From the NCBI GenBank assembly GCA_023451115.1, contig JAEXFV010000154.1, forward strand, positions 4,944-68,943: a stretch of DNA of 64,000 nt, in the 5' to 3' direction. Below are positions 10,535 through 20,978 of the stretch, piece after piece. Made by a program: the position numbers and the translations under genes. This DNA is from Bacillota bacterium. Lineage in GTDB: Bacteria > Bacillota > Clostridia > Christensenellales > CAG-138. The notes under the pieces were generated by a model. It saw only the letters and a list, made by a program, of their open reading frames with translations. It made no database searches and was not told the origin of the DNA. Numbering within the stretch: position 1 is the first letter of the stretch; every line of letters starts with the position of its first letter.

Positions 10535-11740
10535 ATGAGCAGCAATGTAAAACAGTTCACAGACCGGTTAGACCAGTTGAATTTCGAAGACATGTATAAC
10601 GGCGACTTTTTCCTGACCTGGGAAAAGAGCCGCGACGAGTTGGAAGCGGTATTTACCGTAGCGGATGCTTTACGCCACCTGCGGGAAAATAATATTTCTA
10701 CCAAAATATTCGATAGCGGCCTGGGAATCAGCCTGTTCCGGGATAACTCTACCCGTACCCGGTTTTCCTTTGGTTCCGCCTGTAACCTGTTGGGGCTGGA
10801 AGTGCAGGATCTGGACGAGGGTAAGAGCCAGATTGCCCATGGCGAGACTGTGCGGGAAACCGCGAATATGATTTCCTTTATGGCAGATGTGATTGGCATC
10901 CGGGACGACATGTATATCGGCAAGGGCAATCAATACATGCATGATGTGGTGGACGCGGTTTCCGCCGGAAACCAGGCGGGTGTGCTGGAACAAAAGCCCA
11001 CCCTGGTAAACTTGCAGTGCGATATTGATCACCCCACCCAGACCATGGCGGATATGCTGCACCTGATCCACGAGTTTGGCGGTGTAGAAAACCTCAAAGG
11101 CAAAAAAATTGCCATGACCTGGGCCTATTCTCCCAGCTATGGTAAGCCCCTGTCCGTTCCCCAGGGCGTAATTGGGCTTATGACCCGCATGGGTATGGAC
11201 GTGACGCTGGCATATCCCGAAGGATATGAGGTGATGGAGGATGTGGTGGACGTAGCTCGCAGCAACGCTGAGGAGTTTGGCGGAAAGTTTACCATCACCA
11301 ATTCCATGGCCGAAGCCTTCCAGGATGCAGACGTGGTATATCCCAAATCCTGGGCGCCATTCAAAGCGATGGAGCAGCGTACCGAGTTGTACGGCAATGG
11401 GGATTTTGAAGGCATCAAGGCGCTGGAAAAAGAGCTTTTGGCCCAAAACGCCCAGCATAAGGATTGGGAATGCACGGAAGAAATGATGCAGCTCACTAGG
11501 GACGGCAAGGCTTTATATCTTCACTGCCTGCCTGCCGATATCAGTGGGATTTCCTGCGAAGAAGGGGAAGTGGCCGCCAGCGTGTTTGACCGTTATCGCG
11601 ACCCGCTGTATAAGCAGGCTTCCTACAAGCCCTACATCATTGCAGCGATGATTTTCCTGGCCAAGGTGAAAGATCCCCAGGCGGCGCTCAAAGCCTTGGA
11701 AGAAAAGGGCAAAAAACGCTGGGAAGGCGCTGCGGAATAG
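10535..11740 (+). CDS. ygeW: YgeW-type knotted carbamoyltransferase (ATC/OTC family)
   Basis: SLFRDNSTRTRFSF carbamoyl-phosphate motif, HPTQ, HCLPA. Start moved to ATG 10535 (GGAGG 7 nt upstream) instead of 10529. Confidence 0.85.
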   Translation: MSSNVKQFTDRLDQLNFEDMYNGDFFLTWEKSRDELEAVFTVADALRHLRENNISTKIFDSGLGISLFRDNSTRTRFSFGSACNLLGLEVQDLDEGKSQIAHGETVRETANMISFMADVIGIRDDMYIGKGNQYMHDVVDAVSAGNQAGVLEQKPTLVNLQCDIDHPTQTMADMLHLIHEFGGVENLKGKKIAMTWAYSPSYGKPLSVPQGVIGLMTRMGMDVTLAYPEGYEVMEDVVDVARSNAEEFGGKFTITNSMAEAFQDADVVYPKSWAPFKAMEQRTELYGNGDFEGIKALEKELLAQNAQHKDWECTEEMMQLTRDGKALYLHCLPADISGISCEEGEVAASVFDRYRDPLYKQASYKPYIIAAMIFLAKVKDPQAALKALEEKGKKRWEGAAE

Positions 11741-11913
11741 ATTTTGATGTTCCTGCTGTATCCCCCGGCTTTTGCCGGGGGTAAGAAGCATGGGACGCAG
11801 CCGTCCCCATATTGGTGCATAATAAAACCATTTCGAAGGAAATCAAATCTTTCGAGTGGGAGATTGGGGTCAAATCCCCTATAGCGGGATAGGATCCAAG
11901 CTGGAGGGACAAT

Positions 11914-12819
11914 ATGTCTAGAGTGGTAATCGCCTTGGGCGGCAACGCCTTGGGCACTAATTTACAGGAGCAGATGGCGGCGGTCAAAGTGACTGCTAAG
12001 GCCATTGTGGATTTAATCGAACAGGGCCATCAGGTAATCATCTCCCACGGCAACGGGCCACAGGTGGGTATGATCAACCTGGCTATGGATGCCAACAACA
12101 TCCCCCTATCCATGTGCGTTGCCATGAGCCAGGCTTATATTGGCTATGACCTGCAAAACGCTATGCGGGAAGAGCTGCTCAACCGGGGCATCGTAAAACC
12201 CTGTGCCACCATGATCACCCAGGTGGTGGTGGATCCGGAGGACCCCGCCTTCCAACGGCCCACCAAGCCCATTGGGCGGTTTATGAGCAAGGAAGAAGCG
12301 GATGCGGTGGCAGCTTCTGGCAGAGCTGTGATGGAGGATGCAGGCCGGGGCTGGCGCAGGGTAGTAGCCTCCCCCCGTCCGGCAGACATTGTAGAGGCGG
12401 ACGCTATCCGCGCGCTGGTAGAGGCAGGGCAGGTGGTGGTAGCCGCAGGCGGCGGCGGTATTCCTGTGATGCGCCAGGGGAATCACCTTAAAGGCGTACC
12501 AGCGGTGATTGATAAGGATTTTGCCTCCTGTAAACTGGCCCAGTTGCTGGACGCGGATTTTCTGGTCATTCTGACGGCGGTAGAAAAGGTTGCAATCCAT
12601 TTCAACCAGCCGGACCAGCGCTGGCTGGACCACATAAGCGTGGAAGAAGCGAAAGAATTGGTGGCCCAGGGCCATTTTGCACCGGGCTCCATGCTGCCTA
12701 AGGTACAGGCTGCGATGGAGTTTGCCGGATCAAAACCTGGCAGGCAGGCTTTGATTACGCTGCTGGAAAAGGCGAAGGAGGGCATTGAAGGAAAGACAGG
12801 GACTCGTATTACCCAGTAA
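11914..12819 (+). CDS. arcC: Carbamate kinase
   Basis: MSRVVIALGGNALG start, SHGNGPQVG, GGGGIPV, IDKDFAS motifs. 301 aa. Confidence 0.9.
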   Translation: MSRVVIALGGNALGTNLQEQMAAVKVTAKAIVDLIEQGHQVIISHGNGPQVGMINLAMDANNIPLSMCVAMSQAYIGYDLQNAMREELLNRGIVKPCATMITQVVVDPEDPAFQRPTKPIGRFMSKEEADAVAASGRAVMEDAGRGWRRVVASPRPADIVEADAIRALVEAGQVVVAAGGGGIPVMRQGNHLKGVPAVIDKDFASCKLAQLLDADFLVILTAVEKVAIHFNQPDQRWLDHISVEEAKELVAQGHFAPGSMLPKVQAAMEFAGSKPGRQALITLLEKAKEGIEGKTGTRITQ

Positions 12820-12903
12820 GGCCTTCTTGCAGTTCTCAAATGGTTTTTGACCGGTAAAGCGTTGAAAGAAACCTAGTGAGATTACCATTTCCAACAAAAT
12901 GCT

Positions 12904-12950
12904 ACAAGCCCTGGCGCAGCGTTGTGCTGCACGCCAGGGCTTGTTTTTCT
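12904..12950 (+). terminator. Intrinsic terminator after carbamate kinase
   Basis: Long stem ACAAGCCCTGGCGCAGC...GCTGCaCGCCAGGGCTTGT followed by TTTTT. Confidence 0.7.
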
Positions 12951-13073
12951 AATCCTCCGAACCCCTAAGACTTTGGGGATTTCAGCAAGGAGCAATGTCA
13001 AAGCATTTCGCTTTGACCACCTTAGCAGATTTCCCGGGAAATAGATAAAATCATTGAAAATTTGCCGCGAATA

Positions 13074-14027
13074 TTATCGATCTGGGGCAATGGGTGCAGA
13101 ATGCGCCTTTTTTGCATCCCAAATACACCACAAAGTGACGCTGGCGATCACGATGATACCGCCTATAAGAGCCCAAAGCCCCGGCGCTTCCCCGGTAAAC
13201 AGGAATACCCATACTGGGTTTAGCAAAGGCTCCAGAGCGGCGATGAGGGAGGCGGTGAGCGGCGGGCAGTGTTTCGCTGCCAGTGCAAACAGCAGGTATG
13301 GAATGCCCAATTGCAGCAGGCCTAAGGCAAAGATACATGCCAGGATGGTTGGAGAGAATGGGGTAGCGGAAACAAAAGCGAAGGGGATGCCTAAAATGGC
13401 CGTGAGCAGGTGCCCCAGCAATAATCCGCTCATACGCACCGGCTCTTCTACTCCTTCATTGGTCAGAAACATCCCGGCAAATCCTGCGCCTGCGCATACG
13501 CCGATCAGGTTGCCCAGCAAAGAGCCGGCATTGAGTTGGTCAAAAAAGAATAGGGAAATGCCCCCCAATGTAAGCCCAACTGCCAGATAGTCCAGTACCC
13601 GGAATGTTTTCTTCTGGAATAGCACCTGATACAATAGCAGAAAAATAGGCCCGGTATATTGCAACACAATGGCATTGGCTGCAGTTGTCAGCTTGTTGGC
13701 CGCTAAAAAACAGAAAAAGGTGCTACATAAACAACAGGCAATGCACACAGTGCGCTTGGAGAACACCAGCTTTTGCCTTTTGTACAGCATGTAAAACAAA
13801 ATAACCCCAGCTGCAATGAGGCTGCGAAAGCCTGCGATGACAAGCGCGTTCCAGGGAATGAGTTTGATAAAAATGCCTGCGGTGCTCCAAAGCACCGCGC
13901 AGACTGTCATTTGCAGCATGGCCCGTTTGGTGGCCTGATTCACAATGGGTACCTCCTGTGGATGTTGTTTCAGGGATTTTACAAGGCTCTGTAAAAAAAG
14001 CATTTTGCCGCGACCGCCTTTTTTCAT
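13074..14027 (-). CDS. EamA/DMT-family transporter
   Basis: C-terminal ~310-318 aa of track ORF 13074..14594 form 10 predicted TM helices with two EamA-like halves. Start taken at ATG 14027 (alternative 14003). The upstream 188 codons are antisense to the topoisomerase gene and were discarded. Confidence 0.75.
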   Translation of the reverse strand: MKKGGRGKMLFLQSLVKSLKQHPQEVPIVNQATKRAMLQMTVCAVLWSTAGIFIKLIPWNALVIAGFRSLIAAGVILFYMLYKRQKLVFSKRTVCIACCLCSTFFCFLAANKLTTAANAIVLQYTGPIFLLLYQVLFQKKTFRVLDYLAVGLTLGGISLFFFDQLNAGSLLGNLIGVCAGAGFAGMFLTNEGVEEPVRMSGLLLGHLLTAILGIPFAFVSATPFSPTILACIFALGLLQLGIPYLLFALAAKHCPPLTASLIAALEPLLNPVWVFLFTGEAPGLWALIGGIIVIASVTLWCIWDAKKAHSAPIAPDR

Positions 14028-14192
14028 GTTGCCCAGCAATTTATTATACGGAAAAAAGGCAGGGATTGCACGATAAATATAGCGGCGTCTGGGGGCTTTT
14101 TTTGTCGCCGTTGGGCAGTATGTTTCATTCTTTCTGCGGTTTATGGTACAATAAGAAAGTTGAAAAAGGAAACCAACCCATTGGGAGGCAGA

Positions 14193-16157
14193 ATGGAATA
14201 TTCCGTACAAAATATTAAAGTCATGGAAGGTTTGGACGCAGTACGTATGCGCCCAGGCATGTATATCGGTTCCACGGGCAGCCGGGGGCTGCATCATATG
14301 TTGTGGGAAATTGTGGATAACGCCATCGATGAGGCGGCCAATGGCTACGCCAATTTGGTAACCGTTGCGCTGCGCAGGGATGGCTCTGTAACCGTTACAG
14401 ACAATGGACGGGGGATACCGGTGGGGGTCCATGAGAAATACGGCGTGTCTGGCGTGGAGCTGGTGTTCACCCAGCTTCATGCAGGCGGCAAATTCGGCAA
14501 CGATTCCTATGGATTTTCCGGCGGGCTGCACGGCGTGGGCGCAAGCGTGGTCAATGCGTTGTCCCGCTGGGTGAAGGTGGAAGTATTTACCCAAGGGCGG
14601 GCCTATCTCCAGGAGTTTGAAAGCGTAGCTGGGGAGGATGGCAAGATCGTCTCCGGCAAAGCAAAATACCCGCTGATGGAAACCGGCCGCACCCGAAAAC
14701 AGGGCACGGTGGTCACCTTCTTGCCGGACGACCGGGTGTTTGAAAGCATTCAGATGAATTATGAGCTGATCCAGCGCCGCCTTAGGGAGCTGGCTTATCT
14801 GAACCGTGGGGTCACCATGTCATTGGTAGACGAACGGGGGCAGGACCGTGCTTGTGAATACCGGTTTGACGGAGGCCTTTCCGATTTTGTAACCTACCTG
14901 AACGAGGATAAAACCCCGCTGTATACCCCGCCCATCCACTTCAAAGGCGAGCGGGATGGCATTCAGGTAGAGGTTGCCATGCAGCATAACGACGGCTATG
15001 CGGATACGCTGTTCTCCTATGTTAACAACATCCCCACAACAGAGGGCGGCACCCATGAAACCGGTTTTAAGGCTGCCCTTACCAAATCACTCAACGATCA
15101 TTGCCGCAGGGTAGGCGCGTTGAAGGAAAAGGATCCCAGCTTAAGCGGGGAAGACTTCCGCGAGGGCCTTACTGCGGTGCTGTCGCTGAAGATGAAAACC
15201 ATCCAGTTTGAAGGGCAAACCAAAACCCGCTTGGGCAATACCGAGGCAAGGCCAGCGGTGGAATATGTGGTAAACGAGCAGCTCACCCCCTTTTTGGAAG
15301 ATTTAAAAAACGCGGATCTGGCTGCTGCTATAGTGGAAAAGGCGGTCAAAGCCGCCCATGTCCGCGAGACTGCCCGCAAAGCCAAAACCATGGCCAGGGA
15401 AAAGAACAAGCTGGAAAATGCACCTCTGGTAGGGAAACTTTCTTCCTGCACAGGCAGGGATGCTAACAAAAACGAGCTGTTTATTGTAGAAGGGGATTCA
15501 GCAGGCGGCTCCGCCAAACAGGGACGGGACCGGTATTTTCAAGCGATTTTGCCATTGCGTGGCAAGCCGCTCAACGTGGAGAAAAAACGCTTGGATCAAG
15601 TGCTGCAAAACGAGGAATTCCGCAGCATCATTACTGCCATTGGCACAGGGATTGGGGAAGATTTTGATATTACCCAGCGCAAGTACGATAAGGTAATCAT
15701 CCTTTCGGATGCGGACCAGGATGGCGCCCACATCCGGGCCATCTTGCTCACCTTTTTCTACCGCTACATGAAGCCTCTGATTACGGAAGGGCATGTATAT
15801 ATTGGCCTGCCGCCCCTGTATAAGGCTCATAAGGGGGACAAGGTGATCTACTGTTATGATGAAAAGGAGCTGGCTGCAGCTGCCAAAACATTGGGAAAAG
15901 GATACTTGGTGCAGCGGTATAAAGGGTTGGGAGAAATGAACCCGGAGCAACTGTGGGAAACCACCATGAATCCGGACAACCGCTCTCTGATTCGGGTAAA
16001 TATTGAAGACGCGGCTGACGTGGAGCATCTGGTCAGCGTGTTGATGGGGGATAAAATTCAGCCCCGCAAGGAATATATCAGCGAATTTGCGGACTTCAAC
16101 AAGGTGGACGTATTCCAAGAGAAAGGGTATGCCGGCGTTGGCAAGGGAGGGGAGTAA
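14193..16157 (+). CDS. Type IIA DNA topoisomerase, ATPase subunit B (GyrB/ParE family; ParE-like by context)
   Basis: LEAVRMRPGMYIGS, HHMLWEIVDNAIDEA, GLHGVGASVVNA, EGDSAGGSAKQGRDR, PLRGK and DADQDGAHI motifs. Start set at ATG 14193 (GGGAGG upstream) rather than TTG 14160. Confidence 0.9.
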   Translation: MEYSVQNIKVMEGLDAVRMRPGMYIGSTGSRGLHHMLWEIVDNAIDEAANGYANLVTVALRRDGSVTVTDNGRGIPVGVHEKYGVSGVELVFTQLHAGGKFGNDSYGFSGGLHGVGASVVNALSRWVKVEVFTQGRAYLQEFESVAGEDGKIVSGKAKYPLMETGRTRKQGTVVTFLPDDRVFESIQMNYELIQRRLRELAYLNRGVTMSLVDERGQDRACEYRFDGGLSDFVTYLNEDKTPLYTPPIHFKGERDGIQVEVAMQHNDGYADTLFSYVNNIPTTEGGTHETGFKAALTKSLNDHCRRVGALKEKDPSLSGEDFREGLTAVLSLKMKTIQFEGQTKTRLGNTEARPAVEYVVNEQLTPFLEDLKNADLAAAIVEKAVKAAHVRETARKAKTMAREKNKLENAPLVGKLSSCTGRDANKNELFIVEGDSAGGSAKQGRDRYFQAILPLRGKPLNVEKKRLDQVLQNEEFRSIITAIGTGIGEDFDITQRKYDKVIILSDADQDGAHIRAILLTFFYRYMKPLITEGHVYIGLPPLYKAHKGDKVIYCYDEKELAAAAKTLGKGYLVQRYKGLGEMNPEQLWETTMNPDNRSLIRVNIEDAADVEHLVSVLMGDKIQPRKEYISEFADFNKVDVFQEKGYAGVGKGGE

Positions 16158-16160
16158 GGC

Positions 16161-18560
16161 ATGGCGAAAAAAGGAAAGGAACAGAACCAGCAGCCCCCCC
16201 GAGGGGAAACCATACTGGAGCGCAGCATGGATCTGGTGATGCACCAAAGCATGATCCCTTATGCGGAGCATGTTATCCTGGAGCGTGCCCTGCCCCGTGT
16301 GGAGGACGGATTGAAGCCTGTGCAGCGGCGCATCCTGTACACCATGCTGGAGCTGGGGCTGCAGCCGGACAAGCCCCACCGGAAATCTGCCCGTATCGTA
16401 GGCGATTGCCTGGGCAAATACCATCCCCATGGGGACAGCTCGGTGTATGACGCTATGGTGCGCATGGCACAGCCCTTTAATATGCGCATGCCTCTGTGCG
16501 ACGGGCATGGGAATTTCGGATCTGTGGATGGGGATTCCGCCGCAGCCATGCGATATACCGAGGCCCGCATGACGCCCCTGGCGTTGGAGCTGCTGCGGGA
16601 TTTGGAAAAGGGCACGGTGGATTACAATTTAAATTTTGACGACACCCTCCAGGAGCCTGCGCTGCTGCCGGGGCGTTTCCCCAATCTGCTGGTCAACGGC
16701 GCCTCCGGTATCGCGGTAGGTCTGGCTACGAATATTCCGCCCCACAATCTGGGGGAGGCCATTGACGCTGTGATTGCCCAGATGGAAAATCCGGAAATCT
16801 CGTTGGATGAGTTGATGCAATACCTGCCTTGTCCGGATTTCCCCACAGGGGGGCTGCTGTTAGATTCCCAGGAAATACGCACGGCTTATGAAACCGGAAG
16901 AGGCAAGCTGACCGTCCGGGCAAAGACCCATTTTGAGCCGCAAAAAAATGGGAAAACCCTCATCGTGATTACGGAATTGCCCTATCAGGTCAATAAAGCC
17001 AATTTGTTGGAAAAAATTTTGCTGGCTACCCAGGAAAAGCGGCAGCTGTTTGCAGGCGTCTCCGGCATCCGGGATGAGAGCGACCGCAACGGCATGCGGG
17101 CAGTGATCGAGCTGAAAAAAGATGCTGACCCGGAAAAGGTGCTGGCCTACCTGTTTAAATATTCCGACCTGCAATGCACCTTCGGTGTGAACATGGTAGC
17201 GATTGCAGAGGGAAAACCCCAGCAACTGGGGCTCAAAGAGGTGAACGCTCATTATATTCGCCACCAACGGGAGGTTGTGACCCGGCGCACCCGCTATGAG
17301 CTGGAAAACGCGAAAAAGCGGGAGCATATTTTGGAAGGCCTGATGGTGGCGGTAAACAACATTGACGCTGTTATCGCCCTGATCCGCGCCAGCAAAAACC
17401 CAAAGCAGGCCAGGGACGGACTCATGGAGCAGTTTGGTCTGACGGAAACCCAGGCGCAGGCGATTTTGGATTTGCGCCTTCAGCGGCTGACCAATTTGGA
17501 ATTGCTGGCGATTGAAAAGGAATATAAGGAGATTAAGGCACTGATTGGGCGGCTGGAGGGCATCTTGGCATCCGAGAAAAAACTGCTGGCCCTTATTCGC
17601 CAGGAGCTGTTGGAAATCAAAGAAAACTATAACGATCCCCGGCGTACGCAATTGATCTCTGCACAGACGCACATTCAGGTAGAAGAGAAAGACCTGAAGG
17701 TGGTGGAGGATGTAACGGTGTCCCTCTATGATGGCTTGCGGGCATGGAGAGTGCCTGCAGGCAAAAACGGTATGCCGGAAGAAGCGGTGCTGTTTACCTT
17801 CCAAACCCAGACGGATAAACGGATCCGCTTGTTTACGGACCAGGGGAGCCTTTTGACCCTGCCGGTAGAAGAATTGCCGGAGAATAAGCCGGGCGGGCGG
17901 CTTACCAACCTGGCCGCCATACTGCCTTTTGAGCAGGGGGAGCGGATTGTGGCCGCTTTCCTGGAGGGAGAGGGGGACCTGTTTTTCTGTACCCGGCAGG
18001 GAATGGTAAAGCGCACGGATCAGGCCCAGTATGCAACCCGCTCCAAGCGCATTGCCGCTTTGACGCTGAAAGAGGGGGACAGCCTGTTCGCCGTGCAGCA
18101 GCGGCAGCAGCAGACCATGCTGCTGATTACCAAACAGGGGATGAGCATCCGGTTTGACCTGGATACGGTGCCGGTTATGGGCCGGGTAGCCACCGGGGTA
18201 AAATGTATCAAATTGGAAGAAGGGGACGAGGTGCTACAAGCCATACAGCCTGCGGAGGAAGGGGAAATCCTTTGCGTGACTGACCGGGGCTATGCCAAAC
18301 GCACTCTGATTTTCGACTATGAGGTACAGGGCCGCAATGGAAAAGGGCTCAAAACCTTTGATTTTAAAAAGAACGGTTCCAATGGCGTACGCCTGGCGGC
18401 AGCCCGTTATGTGCGGGAGCCTTTCGATTTTACCGTGGTGCAGCGTCATGGCGGGCATACCCTGTGCAATACCGAGCAAGTGCGGCTGGAAAGCCGGGCT
18501 AGCCGGGGCAGCCTGCTTGTGATGGTGATGCTGGACGATGACGTAATTGATATTTTGTAA
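16161..18560 (+). CDS. Type IIA DNA topoisomerase, subunit A (GyrA/ParC family; ParC-like)
   Basis: [31 protein letters not shown] and [10 protein letters not shown] (catalytic Tyr region). 799 aa. I see no QRRGGKG-type GyrA box at the start of the C-terminal beta-pinwheel. Confidence 0.9.
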   Translation: MAKKGKEQNQQPPRGETILERSMDLVMHQSMIPYAEHVILERALPRVEDGLKPVQRRILYTMLELGLQPDKPHRKSARIVGDCLGKYHPHGDSSVYDAMVRMAQPFNMRMPLCDGHGNFGSVDGDSAAAMRYTEARMTPLALELLRDLEKGTVDYNLNFDDTLQEPALLPGRFPNLLVNGASGIAVGLATNIPPHNLGEAIDAVIAQMENPEISLDELMQYLPCPDFPTGGLLLDSQEIRTAYETGRGKLTVRAKTHFEPQKNGKTLIVITELPYQVNKANLLEKILLATQEKRQLFAGVSGIRDESDRNGMRAVIELKKDADPEKVLAYLFKYSDLQCTFGVNMVAIAEGKPQQLGLKEVNAHYIRHQREVVTRRTRYELENAKKREHILEGLMVAVNNIDAVIALIRASKNPKQARDGLMEQFGLTETQAQAILDLRLQRLTNLELLAIEKEYKEIKALIGRLEGILASEKKLLALIRQELLEIKENYNDPRRTQLISAQTHIQVEEKDLKVVEDVTVSLYDGLRAWRVPAGKNGMPEEAVLFTFQTQTDKRIRLFTDQGSLLTLPVEELPENKPGGRLTNLAAILPFEQGERIVAAFLEGEGDLFFCTRQGMVKRTDQAQYATRSKRIAALTLKEGDSLFAVQQRQQQTMLLITKQGMSIRFDLDTVPVMGRVATGVKCIKLEEGDEVLQAIQPAEEGEILCVTDRGYAKRTLIFDYEVQGRNGKGLKTFDFKKNGSNGVRLAAARYVREPFDFTVVQRHGGHTLCNTEQVRLESRASRGSLLVMVMLDDDVIDIL

Positions 18561-18656
18561 CGGCATTTGGCTGGATTGGGGCGCGGCACAATCGTAAACA
18601 ATCTGTGTCTTTCCCCACTCCCGCGGCCAGGTCTGGTATACTGTTAACAAAAGTAT

Positions 18657-20978
18657 TTGCAATGGATTACCGAAGAGAAGGACAACCCGCCTGTCATGAA
18701 AAATTGGACGTTACAAATTCGCTGTATCCTGTTGGCGGCCATGAGCCTGGTATGCGGCATTCTGGCTTCCGGCTGCCAGAAACCTACTGCCGCAGAAGCG
18801 TTTGCGGATTTTTTAGGCTGCCTGCACACAGGGGATTTTGAAGCCGCTTATGAAATGCTGTCCGCCTCTGCCCGTTATGATGAGGACCGGGCGGCCGCAG
18901 ATTTGGCTGCCGGCAAGGAGCAAAGCGCAACGCGCATTTCCAAAGAGCAGTTTGTGAACCGGCACCAGGCAATTTATGAAGAGCTTGGGGTCACCGGCCT
19001 TTCTTACACTGTGACTTCAGCAAAAGAAGAAAGCGAGATCATCTCTATTTACGATTACACCCTTACGTATACCAGCGAGAAAATTGGCCAGGAGGAATGG
19101 CAGTTTCGCATGACGGTGCTGCGGGAAGATGGGGTGTGGAAGGTGGACTGGGCGCCGGACCTGATTTTCCCGGATATGGACTGGGGGGATACCATACGGG
19201 TAGGCACCATTCGGGCCTCCCGGGGGGAAATTATTGCAGGGGGCGAAGTGCTGGCGGAAACGGTGAAGGCGGTGAGCATCACCTGCGTGCCCAGCAAAAT
19301 AGAGGATGAGGCCCAGTTTGTACGCCAGGTGAGCGTGCTGCTGGACATGACTTCCGAAGAAGTATATGACCGGCTGGGCCGGGTTTATCATGACTTTGTG
19401 CTGATCAAACAGCTGTACCCGGATCAGCTAACAGAATCGTTAGAGGAGCAATTGCTGCTGATTCCCGGCATAGGGATCGACACCTCCAATTACGGTGAAC
19501 TGCGCAACTACCCCCAAGGCGAAAGCCTGGCGCATATCCTGGGCTATGTGCGCACCGCAGATGAAGAGGATTTAACCAGGCTGACTGGAGGCGTATTGGA
19601 TGAAAATGGCAAGCTGGTGGATCCGGATACAGGAGAAATGCTGACGAACACAGGGTACGCGGTGGACTCCGTTGTAGGCAAAGCCGGTTTGGAACGGCAA
19701 TATGAAAAAGAGCTTCGGGGTGTGGACGGCTCCTATGTGTACATCTGTGGTTCCGATGGCTCCAACAAAGGCACGTTATACCGGGAGCCGGTACAAAATG
19801 GGCTGGATGTGCAGCTTACCATCAACCCTGATTTGCAAACCAGGGTGGAGACCCTGCTCTCCCTTACGCTGTATGGGGAAAACACGGCTGGTGCGGTTAT
19901 CGTGATGAATCCGCTCACTGGGGCAGTTGATGCGATGGCATCCTACCCATCCTATGATTTAAACAAATATACCCGGGGATGGACGGCTGCAGAGTGGGAG
20001 GAAATCAATAGCAAAAAGAATACGCCTCTCTATAACCGCCTTATCCAGGGCCGATATCCGCCCGGCTCGATCCTCAAGCCGTTTACCGCTGCTGCAGCAT
20101 TGGAGAGCGGCTCTATGACCCCTTCCACGGAATTTCCGCAAGGACGGGGGGAAACCATTGAGGATGACCGGCGCTGGCGCCCTTCGGACAGTGGGGAGTT
20201 TGGCCCCTGGGGATATGCCTATATCACCCGCGTGAGCCTGAACAACCGCCACTATCCCCTGAATATGCATAGCGGTATCATCGACTCAGACAACATCTAT
20301 TTTGCTTATGCAGCTTTGCGTACCGGGGAAGAAAGCTTTAGCCAGTTTATGACCCGGGTGGGGCTGACGGAAGCAGTGGATTTTGATCTTTCCGTGACCA
20401 AGGCCCAATTGAAGAATGAGGACAGTGAATGGACGCCTATGCTTCTGGCGGACAGCGCTTATGGACAGGGCGAAGTTCTAGTAACGCCGCTTCAGGCCGC
20501 ATCTATGTTTTGCGCCTTTGCCAATGGCGGCACCATCATGCGGCCTTATGTGGTGAAAGGGTTGTATCGGACGGAAGGGACAGATTATACCCCTGTGTCT
20601 ACCTATACGCCCCAGGCATGGAAAGAAAACGTGGTACAGCAAAGCTCCATCAATACCATTGAGCCCATGCTGGTGGATGTGGTGCGCGAAGGCACAGGCC
20701 GCAACCTGAATTATAAGGATAACAAAGCGGAAGGAAAGCGCAACATTCCCAGATCTCCCAAGCTCACCAATATTGCGGCCAAAACCGGTACGGCCCAGAT
20801 CGGCAACGACCGCAGACGGGAAATTTCCTGGTTTGTGGGCTATCGCACCGGCGTATCCAGCGAGGAGGCCAGGCTGGTGCTGGTGATGCTGGAGATTCCA
20901 GCCAGCGATACCAATTACTCCAATATGAAATACGACATTGCGTATGATTTACTCAAACCGGAGGGCAACCAGGAATGA
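18657..20978 (+). CDS. Class B penicillin-binding protein (transpeptidase) with NTF2-like/MecA_N-type N-terminal domain; probable lipoprotein
   Basis: Lipobox LASGC. NTF2-like region (GDFEAAYEML...VWKVDWAPDLIFP). Transpeptidase motifs SILK, SDN and KTGTA. Start may be ATG 18696 (MKNWTL). Confidence 0.85.
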   Translation: MQWITEEKDNPPVMKNWTLQIRCILLAAMSLVCGILASGCQKPTAAEAFADFLGCLHTGDFEAAYEMLSASARYDEDRAAADLAAGKEQSATRISKEQFVNRHQAIYEELGVTGLSYTVTSAKEESEIISIYDYTLTYTSEKIGQEEWQFRMTVLREDGVWKVDWAPDLIFPDMDWGDTIRVGTIRASRGEIIAGGEVLAETVKAVSITCVPSKIEDEAQFVRQVSVLLDMTSEEVYDRLGRVYHDFVLIKQLYPDQLTESLEEQLLLIPGIGIDTSNYGELRNYPQGESLAHILGYVRTADEEDLTRLTGGVLDENGKLVDPDTGEMLTNTGYAVDSVVGKAGLERQYEKELRGVDGSYVYICGSDGSNKGTLYREPVQNGLDVQLTINPDLQTRVETLLSLTLYGENTAGAVIVMNPLTGAVDAMASYPSYDLNKYTRGWTAAEWEEINSKKNTPLYNRLIQGRYPPGSILKPFTAAAALESGSMTPSTEFPQGRGETIEDDRRWRPSDSGEFGPWGYAYITRVSLNNRHYPLNMHSGIIDSDNIYFAYAALRTGEESFSQFMTRVGLTEAVDFDLSVTKAQLKNEDSEWTPMLLADSAYGQGEVLVTPLQAASMFCAFANGGTIMRPYVVKGLYRTEGTDYTPVSTYTPQAWKENVVQQSSINTIEPMLVDVVREGTGRNLNYKDNKAEGKRNIPRSPKLTNIAAKTGTAQIGNDRRREISWFVGYRTGVSSEEARLVLVMLEIPASDTNYSNMKYDIAYDLLKPEGNQE

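Noticed and set aside
13074-14594. 506-aa track ORF on the minus strand
   Set aside because: Only the C-terminal ~318 aa look like a real (EamA/DMT) protein. The N-terminal ~188 aa run antisense through the start of the topoisomerase B gene and have non-protein-like composition. This is an ORF-extension artefact in GC-rich DNA.
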